From Opitutales bacterium (GTDB lineage: Bacteria > Verrucomicrobiota > Verrucomicrobiia > Opitutales > UBA9783), in NCBI GenBank assembly GCA_046881885.1, contig JBKSMP010000021.1, forward strand, positions 238 through 64,237: a stretch of 64,000 nt of DNA, given 5' to 3'. The stretch's first letter is position 1; the number at the start of each line of letters is the position of its first letter. A model generated the notes under the pieces. That model saw nothing but the letters and a program-made list of their open reading frames with translations, was not told the origin of the DNA and made no database searches. A program made the position numbers and the translations under genes. This document shows positions 17,281 to 26,595 of this stretch, piece after piece.

Positions 17281-18252
17281 TTAATTATTAGGAAGAGAAA
17301 AGCAAGGAATAGCCGATTCCAAATTTGTCCTATTAGGGATGATATTAATAAAACGACAATCTTTTTGTTTAGCAATGAAGCTTTCCACTTTTTTCACCAT
17401 CGATTCAGGCAAACTATTAAAGTTTTCAATGGTAATAAGCCCCTTTTTAAACTTTTTCAACAACCCCTTTCGTTTTAAAATTTGGTTATTGTCGATTTCT
17501 TTTTGATATCCAAACAAAATTTCATTGGAAATTTCTGCTGGAATTTCTGAACAAGCTACCTTTAAATAGTTTAGATTTTTTGTCCGAGCAGATTGAAAGA
17601 AAAACTGCGATATAGAATGGTACAATTGCTCATCGCCAGCAAGAATACAAACATTCTGATTTTTGTTATAAAGCTCTTCCAAAAACTTAAGCTGATTTTG
17701 AGAAAGATAAGGATACACCACCTGCGGCTCTGCTTGAGAATCGCGAAATTCTTTTGGAGACTCATTTAACCAATCAATATCGCTGCAAGAATCCCCTTCT
17801 ATCGAATAATGTGACTCAATTTGGCAAATACGTGTTTTCATATTTAACGATGTCGACAACAAGAGCCAACAATCAAATAAATAATCATAAACAGGTGAAG
17901 GAAGTAAAAAAACAGGTTCTTCACATTCTTCACCCAAATAAGACTCATATTCTGACAATTTCGTTTTTAATTGGTAAAAAATATCCTTATAACAAGTAAG
18001 ATCCTGGATAGGTAGCACATGGCGTTTAACTGTAATTTTAGGATAATTTTTTACAATAAATTGCTCAGACAAAAAGGTGTTAAGTCGCCAAATTTGAAGA
18101 CCAAACAAAATCACTTCATCGAAATTCCCACCTTGCAATGCTTGCAAAATAGACCCCTCCTTATCCTTTCGTCCGGGAATATACGGATCTTGAAAGGTTG
18201 GGATTGCTAATAACACTTTCTTCTTTAACAACTTCCTTGCCACGTTAAACAC
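17281..18252 (-). CDS. RtcR-like protein: CARF-like N-terminal domain plus a degenerate, truncated sigma54-interaction (AAA+) domain
   Basis: Aligned by eye against my recollection of E. coli RtcR and bEBPs. NVCILAGDEQLYHS matches ILL.GPTGAGKS. YLKVACSEIPAEISNEILFGYQKE matches FVEVNCA......S.LFGH.KGAFTGA. KGLITIENFNSLPESMVKKVESFI matches GG.LFLDEIGEL......LL..I. CRFINIIPNRTNLE matches .R.IA.T.RDL. In the N-half, VFLLPSPVYDYLFDCWLLLST..NMKTRICQIE matches LIHITTGTHVAQICWFLLAEARYLPARLIQ. Confidence 0.55.
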   Translation of the reverse strand: MFNVARKLLKKKVLLAIPTFQDPYIPGRKDKEGSILQALQGGNFDEVILFGLQIWRLNTFLSEQFIVKNYPKITVKRHVLPIQDLTCYKDIFYQLKTKLSEYESYLGEECEEPVFLLPSPVYDYLFDCWLLLSTSLNMKTRICQIESHYSIEGDSCSDIDWLNESPKEFRDSQAEPQVVYPYLSQNQLKFLEELYNKNQNVCILAGDEQLYHSISQFFFQSARTKNLNYLKVACSEIPAEISNEILFGYQKEIDNNQILKRKGLLKKFKKGLITIENFNSLPESMVKKVESFIAKQKDCRFINIIPNRTNLESAIPCFSLPNN

Positions 18253-18367
18253 TAAAACTCTTGTTTAAGAATGAAATGATCTATGAAATTATGCAAGATG
18301 TTTTTTAAAATAAATTTTTATATTAAAATATTGCGTGTTTTTGTATAATGGACAGTCTTTTATATAA

Positions 18368-20731
18368 ATGGTTAAAACTACAATACCGGTTACGAAAGCG
18401 CGCCCTTTCTTAGGAATGTTTTTATTTTTAATAGGCTTATTTATGGCCTTATCACTATGGGATTATGAACCTCAATTCTCAAGCTTTTATCGCATATCTT
18501 CCCAAGAATGGAATTACGCTCAAGGTAATCGCTTAGGAACCGTAGGTGTTGGGTTTGCTTTTTATACCTGCCGTTATTTAGGCCGTTGCGCATGGTTGCT
18601 ACCCGTTTATTTTCTATGGACAGCACTACTTCTTTTAACACCTTACGCTTATAAGGTTCAGCGTAAAAATGTAATTTGTTTTATCTTAGCTTTACTCTTC
18701 ACACCTGCAACATTTGCTTTCTTTGAAGCTATAAAATGGTTAAATCCTTGTTATAAGTTCTATTCTTCAGGTATTGGCGGAAGTTTGGGGAATTATCTTT
18801 TTAGCCATCTCTTTGAAGGTTATTTGGGGCCTATAGGTAGCGCTTTAGTCTTAATCCCAGGAACTTGTTTGTCGTTGATTTTTACCTTTGCCAATTTAAA
18901 TTTTTTAGGACAAATGGTGTTGCGTGTTTGGACTTTGCTCAAACAGATCGGTAACTATGGAGCAAAATTATCAAAGCGCCTTATCAGTTCTTTTAAAGGT
19001 AGTTATCCCAAAATTAGTCCTACAAATACAGGAACAAAATACCTTAGATCTATAAAAGAAAAATTCTGTAAATGGACACAATGGTTGCGTAACCGATTAG
19101 AACGAAAGTCTTCGCAAACTTCAAAACTTGAGGCTCCTTCATTAGAAGAAAACTGGCAGCCTCCTTATGAAGAAAAAGTTATTCGTAAAAATCCTGTAAA
19201 ATCGGCACAAAACAAGCAAGACAAAGCTACGCCCCCTCCTAATCCAGACGAAGCTAAACCTAAAGAAATTCAGATTTTAGCAAGTGAAACGATAGAAAAA
19301 GCGACACAAAAAAGACCTGAGCAAACCGGAGACTACCTCTTGCCACCACTCCAATTGTTAAAAGATCCACCACCAACATTTAATGACGGAAGCGCAGAAG
19401 ATTACTATGAAACTGCGGAAGATTTGGTGCAAAAATTGGCTGAATTTGGTGTTGAGGTTAAAGTTGAGGCAATTCAATCCGGACCTGTTATAACACGTTA
19501 CGAGGTAACCCCAGCACGAGGTGTTCGTGTGGAAAAAATTGAGACCTTAGACAAAAATATTGCGCTAGGCTTAAAAGCACTTTCTGTGCGCATTCAAGCC
19601 CCCGTTCCAGGTAAAGGATGCGTAGGAATCGAAGTTCCCAATAAAAAACCACTGCCTGTATGCCTAAAAGAAATTTTAGAATCTAAAGCCTGGGCGCAGT
19701 CAGACGCGGAAATTCCGATCGTTTTGGGCAAAGAAGTAACCGGCAAACCGATTGTTGCGGATTTAACCAAAATGCCTCACTTGTTGATTGCAGGCTCTAC
19801 GGGATCCGGTAAAACCGTTTGCATCAACGCCATTATTGCATCCTTATTGTACCATTCGTCCCCTAAAGATCTACGTTTCATTATGGTCGATCCAAAAATC
19901 GTCGAAATGAAGCTCTACAACGATTTGCCACACATGCTTATTCCAGTGGTTACGGACCCTAAGCGCGTTCCGTCTGCTCTCAAGTGGCTAATTGGTGAAA
20001 TGGAACGGCGATATCAATTATTTGCGAATTACGGCGTACGCAATATCGCTGGGTTTAACGAAAAACTAAAGAAAATGACGCCCAACGAATTGTTGGCAGA
20101 ATCCTTGGAACACTTGCCTTATATCGTCTGTATTATTGACGAATTAGCGGATTTGATGATGGTTGCTCCTGGTGATATCGAAACTTGTATCGCACGTTTA
20201 GCACAATTAGCGCGTGCTGCTGGTATTCACCTTATTATTGCGACCCAAAGACCTTCTGTTAATGTTATTACAGGTATTATTAAGGCCAATTTACCGAGCC
20301 GTATTGCGTTCAAAGTTGCTTCTAAAGTGGATAGTCGCACGATTCTAGATATGGGTGGAGCCGACAGCCTTATTGGTAAAGGCGATATGTTGTTTATTCC
20401 GCCAGGAGCCTCACAATTGATTCGTGCGCAAGGTGCTTGGGTATCCGATGATGAAATCAATGCGATTGTGGACTTCCTTAAGTGCAATGGCGCACCACAA
20501 TTCGCTGAAGACGTACAACGCATTGTGGATACGGATTTTGACGAAGGTACGGACAATGAAGCCTTAGAAGGCGAAGATTCATTGCTTCCACAAGCATTAG
20601 ATGTGTTGAAAACCTCGGAAAGAATTTCCACATCCCTTTTGCAACGTCGTCTAAAGATTGGCTACAATCGTGCCGCACGCATCATGGAAACCCTGGATTC
20701 AAAGGGCTTACTACCTAAGAATATGGAGTAA
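18368..20731 (+). CDS. ftsK: DNA translocase FtsK
   Basis: N-terminal TM helices, a Pro/Lys-rich linker, a motor domain with GSTGSGKTV and IIDELADLMM, and a C-terminal gamma domain (LLQRRLKIGYNRAARIME). Confidence 0.95.
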   Translation: MVKTTIPVTKARPFLGMFLFLIGLFMALSLWDYEPQFSSFYRISSQEWNYAQGNRLGTVGVGFAFYTCRYLGRCAWLLPVYFLWTALLLLTPYAYKVQRKNVICFILALLFTPATFAFFEAIKWLNPCYKFYSSGIGGSLGNYLFSHLFEGYLGPIGSALVLIPGTCLSLIFTFANLNFLGQMVLRVWTLLKQIGNYGAKLSKRLISSFKGSYPKISPTNTGTKYLRSIKEKFCKWTQWLRNRLERKSSQTSKLEAPSLEENWQPPYEEKVIRKNPVKSAQNKQDKATPPPNPDEAKPKEIQILASETIEKATQKRPEQTGDYLLPPLQLLKDPPPTFNDGSAEDYYETAEDLVQKLAEFGVEVKVEAIQSGPVITRYEVTPARGVRVEKIETLDKNIALGLKALSVRIQAPVPGKGCVGIEVPNKKPLPVCLKEILESKAWAQSDAEIPIVLGKEVTGKPIVADLTKMPHLLIAGSTGSGKTVCINAIIASLLYHSSPKDLRFIMVDPKIVEMKLYNDLPHMLIPVVTDPKRVPSALKWLIGEMERRYQLFANYGVRNIAGFNEKLKKMTPNELLAESLEHLPYIVCIIDELADLMMVAPGDIETCIARLAQLARAAGIHLIIATQRPSVNVITGIIKANLPSRIAFKVASKVDSRTILDMGGADSLIGKGDMLFIPPGASQLIRAQGAWVSDDEINAIVDFLKCNGAPQFAEDVQRIVDTDFDEGTDNEALEGEDSLLPQALDVLKTSERISTSLLQRRLKIGYNRAARIMETLDSKGLLPKNME

Positions 20732-20833
20732 AACCTTAATATTTACTTATTGGTAAATTCTTTTAGTTTTAGCCTCTATTTTATTCATTGCCTTTTACTT
20801 GTCTTTTTGATTTAATCAAATTTGGAGGGATGT

Positions 20834-22180
20834 ATGATAAGAGTAAAGCTATTAACATGGATAAACTGTATTGTTATCTATTTCGTCACAAGTTTTTGCT
20901 TTTGTGATAAATTTGGTCAACTCGATACGTATTCGGCATTAATCGTTGGTTTTTACTTAAAAGATACCAAAGATGTGTTACATTTAATGCAGGTAAATTC
21001 CAAATTTGGAAAAGAGCAAATTCTTTCAAAAAAACAACAAAAACTTATTAAGGCGTCAGAAATTTTAAAGCAATATTTTGAAGATCAAGGGAATGAAGAG
21101 ATAAAAGAACTGTTGGAAATTGCTATGGAAAATGAATCAACGGTAATGGTTGAAGATGATTATGGGAAATTAGCAAAAATGTATCATGTAAATCCCATTC
21201 CATTGACTTTAGAAAATTATTCTTTATTTCCAAAAATTGAAACGCAATGTATCTTTGATATAGACGATTTTATTGTAGATGGATTAGAATGTTATGTTAT
21301 TAAAGCAGTACCATTTGAAGCTTATAAATATTTCAAACAACGATTCAAACATCTAAAGCAAAAGGGAGATAGGCCCGCTTTATGTTTTGAAGAAGTAATT
21401 GTTGCGCCAGATCGAAAAGTATTAGGTTATTATAATTTATTTTTACAACAAATTAATCAATTAAAAGCAGATGATACTGTAAAAGCTATTACTTTCTCTG
21501 AAGATTTTTTGCCAATGCAGCAGTGCAATACTTCAAAAAAGATGTTTGTTTATTTTAAAATTTTAAACGAATCTCAACTTAATGAAGATGGAGTAGATAC
21601 GGATATTTTTTGTACCTTATTGCATGTTAAAAGTGCTTTTCGACATACAAAATGTAGAAATTTTTACGGAATTAATTTAAGGACTATAGATGAAGATTCG
21701 TTTGTGCTTTCTGATTTTCAAGAAGCTTATTTGCCAACATTGGTAGATTTGATAGGATTAAAATCAGTCTCAAGAGATGCCATGGTAAGACATTTCAAGA
21801 AAATTTGGGTTTCAAGAATTCTTTTAGATAAGATTATCGATAGTGATATCCTTTTGAGTTGTTACAAAGTAAAATTTAGAGCATACAATATAAAACAAGA
21901 AAAAGCAATTGCAGACAAATTAAAGGAACTGCAATCGTTGTCTTCACGAGCAATCTATCAAAAAAGTTTAATAGATGTAATGCAAGGGAAGACGACTCCA
22001 AGACAAGAAGAAGTGATTCAATCCGCTTGGCAGGCTTTTGAAAAAGCCCAATGTGAGTATAAACAATTGCTTTTACAAAATGATACAACAGTAGAGTTTC
22101 AACAAGTGGTGCAGGATAAAAAAGAAGAAATTGCTATATTAAAAGCCACACTTATGGAAAATCTTTCGGGACAATTCTAA
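20834..22180 (+). CDS. Hypothetical protein with a eukaryote-like N-terminal motif and a C-terminal coiled coil
   Basis: ATG at 20834 with SD GGAGGG 4 nt upstream; the track ORF uses a TTG at 20822. Motifs: QLDTYSALIVGFYL...VLHLMQVNSKF and YHVNPIPLTLENYSLFPKIETQCIF. Confidence 0.7.
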   Translation: MIRVKLLTWINCIVIYFVTSFCFCDKFGQLDTYSALIVGFYLKDTKDVLHLMQVNSKFGKEQILSKKQQKLIKASEILKQYFEDQGNEEIKELLEIAMENESTVMVEDDYGKLAKMYHVNPIPLTLENYSLFPKIETQCIFDIDDFIVDGLECYVIKAVPFEAYKYFKQRFKHLKQKGDRPALCFEEVIVAPDRKVLGYYNLFLQQINQLKADDTVKAITFSEDFLPMQQCNTSKKMFVYFKILNESQLNEDGVDTDIFCTLLHVKSAFRHTKCRNFYGINLRTIDEDSFVLSDFQEAYLPTLVDLIGLKSVSRDAMVRHFKKIWVSRILLDKIIDSDILLSCYKVKFRAYNIKQEKAIADKLKELQSLSSRAIYQKSLIDVMQGKTTPRQEEVIQSAWQAFEKAQCEYKQLLLQNDTTVEFQQVVQDKKEEIAILKATLMENLSGQF

Positions 22181-22184
22181 TTCC

Positions 22185-22277
22185 TGGCGGAGAGAGAGGG
22201 ATTTGAACCCTCGAAGCCCTTTTTGAGGACTTACCTTCTTAGCAGGAAGGCGCTTTAGACCACTCAGCCATCTCTCC
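22185..22277 (-). tRNA. tRNA-Ser (anticodon GCU), CCA encoded
   Basis: Reverse complement: GGAGAGA-TG-GCTGAGTGGTCTAAAGC-G-CCTTC-CTGCTAA-GAAGG, a long variable arm, GAGGG-TTCAAAT-CCCTC, TCTCTCC-G-CCA. Confidence 0.93.
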
Positions 22278-22420
22278 TTTAAAGCGTATAAAATATACTT
22301 TAACTTTATTGTGCAAAAAAAGTCAATCAAGAATCTTCATCTTTTGTAATTGAAAATTACAAATAAGCTCTTTGTGGCATTTGGATTGACAGATGCAACA
22401 ATAAGGATTTTTCTAATACT

Positions 22421-24841
22421 ATGAAAGTTGCCCTGAGTTTGTTGAAAAACTATGTGAAAATTGAGGTTAGCGCGGAAGCTTTGGCAGAAGCGTTCGTGCA
22501 TCTCGGCTTCGAAGTCGAAGGCATGGAAAGCTTGGGGTACTGCGGCTCCGGACCTCTTGTCGTCGGCCAAGTCCTCCAAAAAGAAAAACATCCCAACTCA
22601 GATCACTTAAGCGTTTGTAAGGTTCAGGTCAACAACGACGAACCCCTCCAAATCGTCTGTGGCGCTTCCAATTTTAAAGTTGGTGATCGTGTCCCGGTCG
22701 CCCTCGAAGGTGCTCGTCTCGGCGACATCACCATCCAGAAAACTTCCATGCGTGGCTTCGATTCTTGCGGCATGATGTGTAGCGCTAGCGAACTTGGTCT
22801 CGAAGCAGCTGAAAGCCACGGCTTATACATCTTAAACGAGCTCAATCCAAATGTCGGAACCCCCATCGAGGAACTTTTTGGCAATAAAAAGGACGTCGTC
22901 TTCGACCTCTCGATTACTTCAAACCGCGGCGATTGCCTCAGTTATCTCGGTATCGCCAGAGAACTCAGCGCGTACTTTAACACCCCAGTGCTTGTGCCAA
23001 ACACCACAGAAGCTTTGCCGCAAGCCCAAACAACAGGCCTAACCGTCTCGTCCGACGCCTGCGATTACTACTCCGGCTGCACCATCGAAGCTATCCAAAT
23101 CATGGACAGCCCCGCTTGGATGCAAGAATTTTTGACCAAATCCGGCCTGCGCCCTATCAATAATGTTGTCGACGTAACCAACATCCTCTTACTCGAATTC
23201 GGCCAACCGCTTCACGCCTTTGACGCCGACAAACTCCAAGGCGATATTATTGTCCGCGAATCCCGTCCCAACGAAGCCATAAAAACCTTGGACGGCATCG
23301 ACCGTATTTTGCCCGAAAATACGCTTGTTATCGCCGATACATCTGGACCGATTGCCCTCGCAGGCATCATGGGAGGCGCCTCTAGTGAAATTTCTTCAAC
23401 CACCGGAAAAATTTTCCTCGAATGTGCCCACTTCTCTCATAAATCCATTCGCAAAACCCTTCGCAACTTGACCATTTCTTCCGATAGCGCTTACCGCTTC
23501 GAACGCTTCGTCGATAAAACCCAAGCTCCGCAAGTTCTTCAACGCGCAATCCACTTGCTCCGTGAAACCTGCCCCAGCCTTGTCGTAAAATCCTACGTCC
23601 AACAAGGCTCAGCAACGGAACCCTTACGAACGATCGAGCTTACGTTCGATAAAGTCCTAAATTTGTTAGGCTTCGAAATTTTGCCAGAAGATTTCCAAAA
23701 AACACTGGAACGCTTAAACTTTTCTTTTGAAACCATTGACGAAAACCATTGGAAGGTCGCTATTCCGTCCTATCGCGCGGATATCGAACAATTTCCGGAT
23801 CTTGTTGAAGAATTCATTCGACTTCAAGGAACCGAGCAAATTCCGTCCAAATTGCCCGATGGAGTCGCTTGCTCAATCGAAGATGCTCCCGAAAACGAAT
23901 TGCGTAATCGACATGCAGCAATCCTCTCAAATGCCGGCTTTTTTGAATGCTATACGGATTCTTTGCAGCCCAAAACATGGTACGAAAAAGTTTTGCCAGA
24001 AGCAGTTTTAACTCCTTTGCAGCTCCATAATCCCGTCAGCGAAGAACATAATTGCTTGCGTTATTCACTGATTCCTGGGCTTGTCGAATCGCTTTGCGAG
24101 AATCGTCGTCGCGGCAATCCAGTCGAACGTCTATTTGAAACCGGACGCATCTTTAAAGCAGATGCGAAAGGAAAACTGCACGAATTGTTTGCAACCGCTT
24201 TCGTTGTTTGTCCTTCCCAAGAACGCCATTGGTTAAAGCCAGAACCGTTCAATTTTTATGAAGGCCAAAATTATGTACGTTCCTTGATCGCTGCTAGCGG
24301 AAATGCCGCATCCGTACAATCCGCAAAAGCAGAAGCTTCACCTTTGTGGCAAAAAGGATATTGCGGAAAAATCGGATTATGGGAACAACGCGGCTTCGAA
24401 GCTAATTTGGGCTATCTAGATCTAAATTTCACACAGCAATGGTTCAAAAACGATATTATTTTTGCAGCAGAATGTGTTTGGTTGCCAGAACGTATCCGTT
24501 TTAAAGACGAAAAAACCTTCCAACCTTATTCGGAATGCCCTGTTGTGACAAAGGATTTGGCTCTTTGGGTACCGTTTGAGACTTTGGGAGAAGAAGTTCA
24601 TCAAGCCCTCATTAAACAGCTTAAAAAGCTCATAAAGAACCCGGTACAATTACGTGATGTACGTCTTTTTGATGTTTTCAAAGATGATAAAAATTTAACA
24701 CAAAAAAGTCTCGCCTTTAGTCTCGTTTTTGGCTCTAATAGTGGAACATTGACCGAAGAAATGATTAATCCCGTTTTTGAGGCATTACAGGAGGGCATTG
24801 AGAAGAATTATGGTTATCAAGTAAGGAAGCAGACAGTATGA
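22421..24841 (+). CDS. pheT: Phenylalanine--tRNA ligase beta subunit
   Basis: N-terminal tRNA-binding domain (GQVLQKEKHPNSDHLSVCKVQV), B3/4 and B5 blocks, and a C-terminal FDX-ACB-like domain (KSLAFSLVF). Confidence 0.95.
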   Translation: MKVALSLLKNYVKIEVSAEALAEAFVHLGFEVEGMESLGYCGSGPLVVGQVLQKEKHPNSDHLSVCKVQVNNDEPLQIVCGASNFKVGDRVPVALEGARLGDITIQKTSMRGFDSCGMMCSASELGLEAAESHGLYILNELNPNVGTPIEELFGNKKDVVFDLSITSNRGDCLSYLGIARELSAYFNTPVLVPNTTEALPQAQTTGLTVSSDACDYYSGCTIEAIQIMDSPAWMQEFLTKSGLRPINNVVDVTNILLLEFGQPLHAFDADKLQGDIIVRESRPNEAIKTLDGIDRILPENTLVIADTSGPIALAGIMGGASSEISSTTGKIFLECAHFSHKSIRKTLRNLTISSDSAYRFERFVDKTQAPQVLQRAIHLLRETCPSLVVKSYVQQGSATEPLRTIELTFDKVLNLLGFEILPEDFQKTLERLNFSFETIDENHWKVAIPSYRADIEQFPDLVEEFIRLQGTEQIPSKLPDGVACSIEDAPENELRNRHAAILSNAGFFECYTDSLQPKTWYEKVLPEAVLTPLQLHNPVSEEHNCLRYSLIPGLVESLCENRRRGNPVERLFETGRIFKADAKGKLHELFATAFVVCPSQERHWLKPEPFNFYEGQNYVRSLIAASGNAASVQSAKAEASPLWQKGYCGKIGLWEQRGFEANLGYLDLNFTQQWFKNDIIFAAECVWLPERIRFKDEKTFQPYSECPVVTKDLALWVPFETLGEEVHQALIKQLKKLIKNPVQLRDVRLFDVFKDDKNLTQKSLAFSLVFGSNSGTLTEEMINPVFEALQEGIEKNYGYQVRKQTV

Positions 24842-25125
24842 GCGATCAAAATTTAGATATAGATCATTTGGCAAAATTGGCGCGTATTCGCTTGTCGGAA
24901 GAGGAGAAAACGCAACTTTTACAGCAACTACAATCGATTGTTGGTTATTGCTCCAAAGTTGCAAATGCTCAAGTCGATGCATTGGAACCCATGGTTCATT
25001 CGTTCGATCATGACGAAAATATTTGGCATGAAGACACACCAAAAGCAACAGAGACAACGGATTATCTGACGCAAAATGCGCCCGAAATTAAAGAAAATCA
25101 AATTGTCGTTCCAAAGGTTTTATAA
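24838..25125 (+). CDS. gatC: Asp/Glu-tRNA amidotransferase subunit C
   Basis: IDHLAKLARIRLSEEEKTQLLQQLQSIVGY. It overlaps pheT by ATGA and is adjacent to gatA. Confidence 0.9.
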   Translation: MSDQNLDIDHLAKLARIRLSEEEKTQLLQQLQSIVGYCSKVANAQVDALEPMVHSFDHDENIWHEDTPKATETTDYLTQNAPEIKENQIVVPKVL

Positions 25126-26591
25126 TGAAAAGTTGGCTATTTAAACCCTTAGAAGAGCTCATCAATGGATTAAAACAAAAAAAGATTTCTTCCGTTGAGC
25201 TCACGCAAGCATACATTACTCAAACCAAAGCTACCGAAGGTGCAATTCAAGCCTTTCTAAGCTTTGACGAACAAAAAACCTTAGCTGAAGCAGCTGCGTC
25301 TGATAAACGTCGTGCTGAGGACAAATGCCTAAGTGAGTTGGATGGTATTCCTATTGGCTTAAAAGATATTTTTGCCGAAAAAGGTCAGCCGCTTACATGC
25401 GCTAGTCGTATGTTGGAAAATTTCGTAAGTCCTTACGATTCTACCGTTGTACAAAAACTACGACAAGCCGGAATGGTTCTTTGGGGACGTCTTAACATGG
25501 ATGAATTTGCCATGGGATCGTCTTCAGAAAACTCTGCCTTTAAGGTAACGAGCAATCCATGGGATTTAGAACGTATACCTGGTGGTAGTAGTGCCGGAAG
25601 TGCAGCAGCTGTAGCAGCCGGACAAGTCCCCTTATCCTTAGGAACCGATACGGGAGGCTCTATCCGTCAACCTGCTGCATTGTGCGGAATCGTAGGCATG
25701 AAGCCAACATATGGACGTATTAGCCGGTACGGCATTGTTGCCTATGCCAGTTCTTTAGACCAAGCTGGACCGTTTGCTAGAACTGTCGGAGGGGTCGCAC
25801 AATTACTGCAAGTTTTATGTGGAGCTGATGAAAAGGATGCCACAAGTGCTCGTAAACCTGTCCCTAATTTTACAGCAGACATGCAAGCAAATTTAGGACG
25901 CAAGTGGACTTTGGGTATCCCAGAAGAATATTTCGGAGAAGGCCTGGATCCTGAGATTCGTGCAAGTATTGAAGCCAGTATCGAGTTTTACAAGCAGCAA
26001 GGTTATACGATTAAGCCGATTCATTTGAAATCGATTGAATATGCTGTTCCTGTATATTACATTGTTGCAACAGCAGAGGCTTCTTCGAACTTGGCACGTT
26101 ATGATGGCATTCGTTATACTTACCGCAGTCCAAGCGCAAAAGACATTAACGAGGTGTTTGATGCGTCTCGAAGCGAAGGATTTGGTGCTGAAGTTAAACG
26201 TCGTATTTTATTAGGAACTTATGTTTTAAGCAGCGGTTATTATGATGCCTTTTATGGAAAAGCACAAAAGGTTCGTCGTCTTATTTACAACGACTTTATG
26301 GAAGCTTTTAAAGAGGTTGATGCTATTCTAACACCGACATCTCCCGTACCTGCTTTCAAAAAAGGCGAACGCACTTCCGATCCGCTTGCCATGTATTTGA
26401 GCGACATTTACACGATTTCAGTCAATTTGGCTGGTCTTCCAGGCATTTCCATTCCATGTGGCTTTACGAAAAGCCGTTTACCGATTGGAATGCAGCTCAT
26501 AGGACGCCCATTCGACGAAAGTTCTTTGTTGTCTATTGCGCACGACTTTGAAGCCCATCACGATTTTAATTTACAAACGCCACAATTCTAA
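25125..26591 (+). CDS. gatA: Asp/Glu-tRNA amidotransferase subunit A
   Basis: Amidase signature GGSSAGSAAAVAAG ... LGTDTGGSIRQPAA. Confidence 0.95.
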   Translation: MKSWLFKPLEELINGLKQKKISSVELTQAYITQTKATEGAIQAFLSFDEQKTLAEAAASDKRRAEDKCLSELDGIPIGLKDIFAEKGQPLTCASRMLENFVSPYDSTVVQKLRQAGMVLWGRLNMDEFAMGSSSENSAFKVTSNPWDLERIPGGSSAGSAAAVAAGQVPLSLGTDTGGSIRQPAALCGIVGMKPTYGRISRYGIVAYASSLDQAGPFARTVGGVAQLLQVLCGADEKDATSARKPVPNFTADMQANLGRKWTLGIPEEYFGEGLDPEIRASIEASIEFYKQQGYTIKPIHLKSIEYAVPVYYIVATAEASSNLARYDGIRYTYRSPSAKDINEVFDASRSEGFGAEVKRRILLGTYVLSSGYYDAFYGKAQKVRRLIYNDFMEAFKEVDAILTPTSPVPAFKKGERTSDPLAMYLSDIYTISVNLAGLPGISIPCGFTKSRLPIGMQLIGRPFDESSLLSIAHDFEAHHDFNLQTPQF

Positions 26592-26595
26592 GATT

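Noticed and set aside
22607-23615. Cluster of five antisense ORFs (63-86 aa) opposite the 5' half of pheT.
   Set aside because: They sit entirely inside a well-supported essential gene. They are the expected by-product of the locally GC-rich, stop-poor sequence. None has a start context or a recognisable motif.
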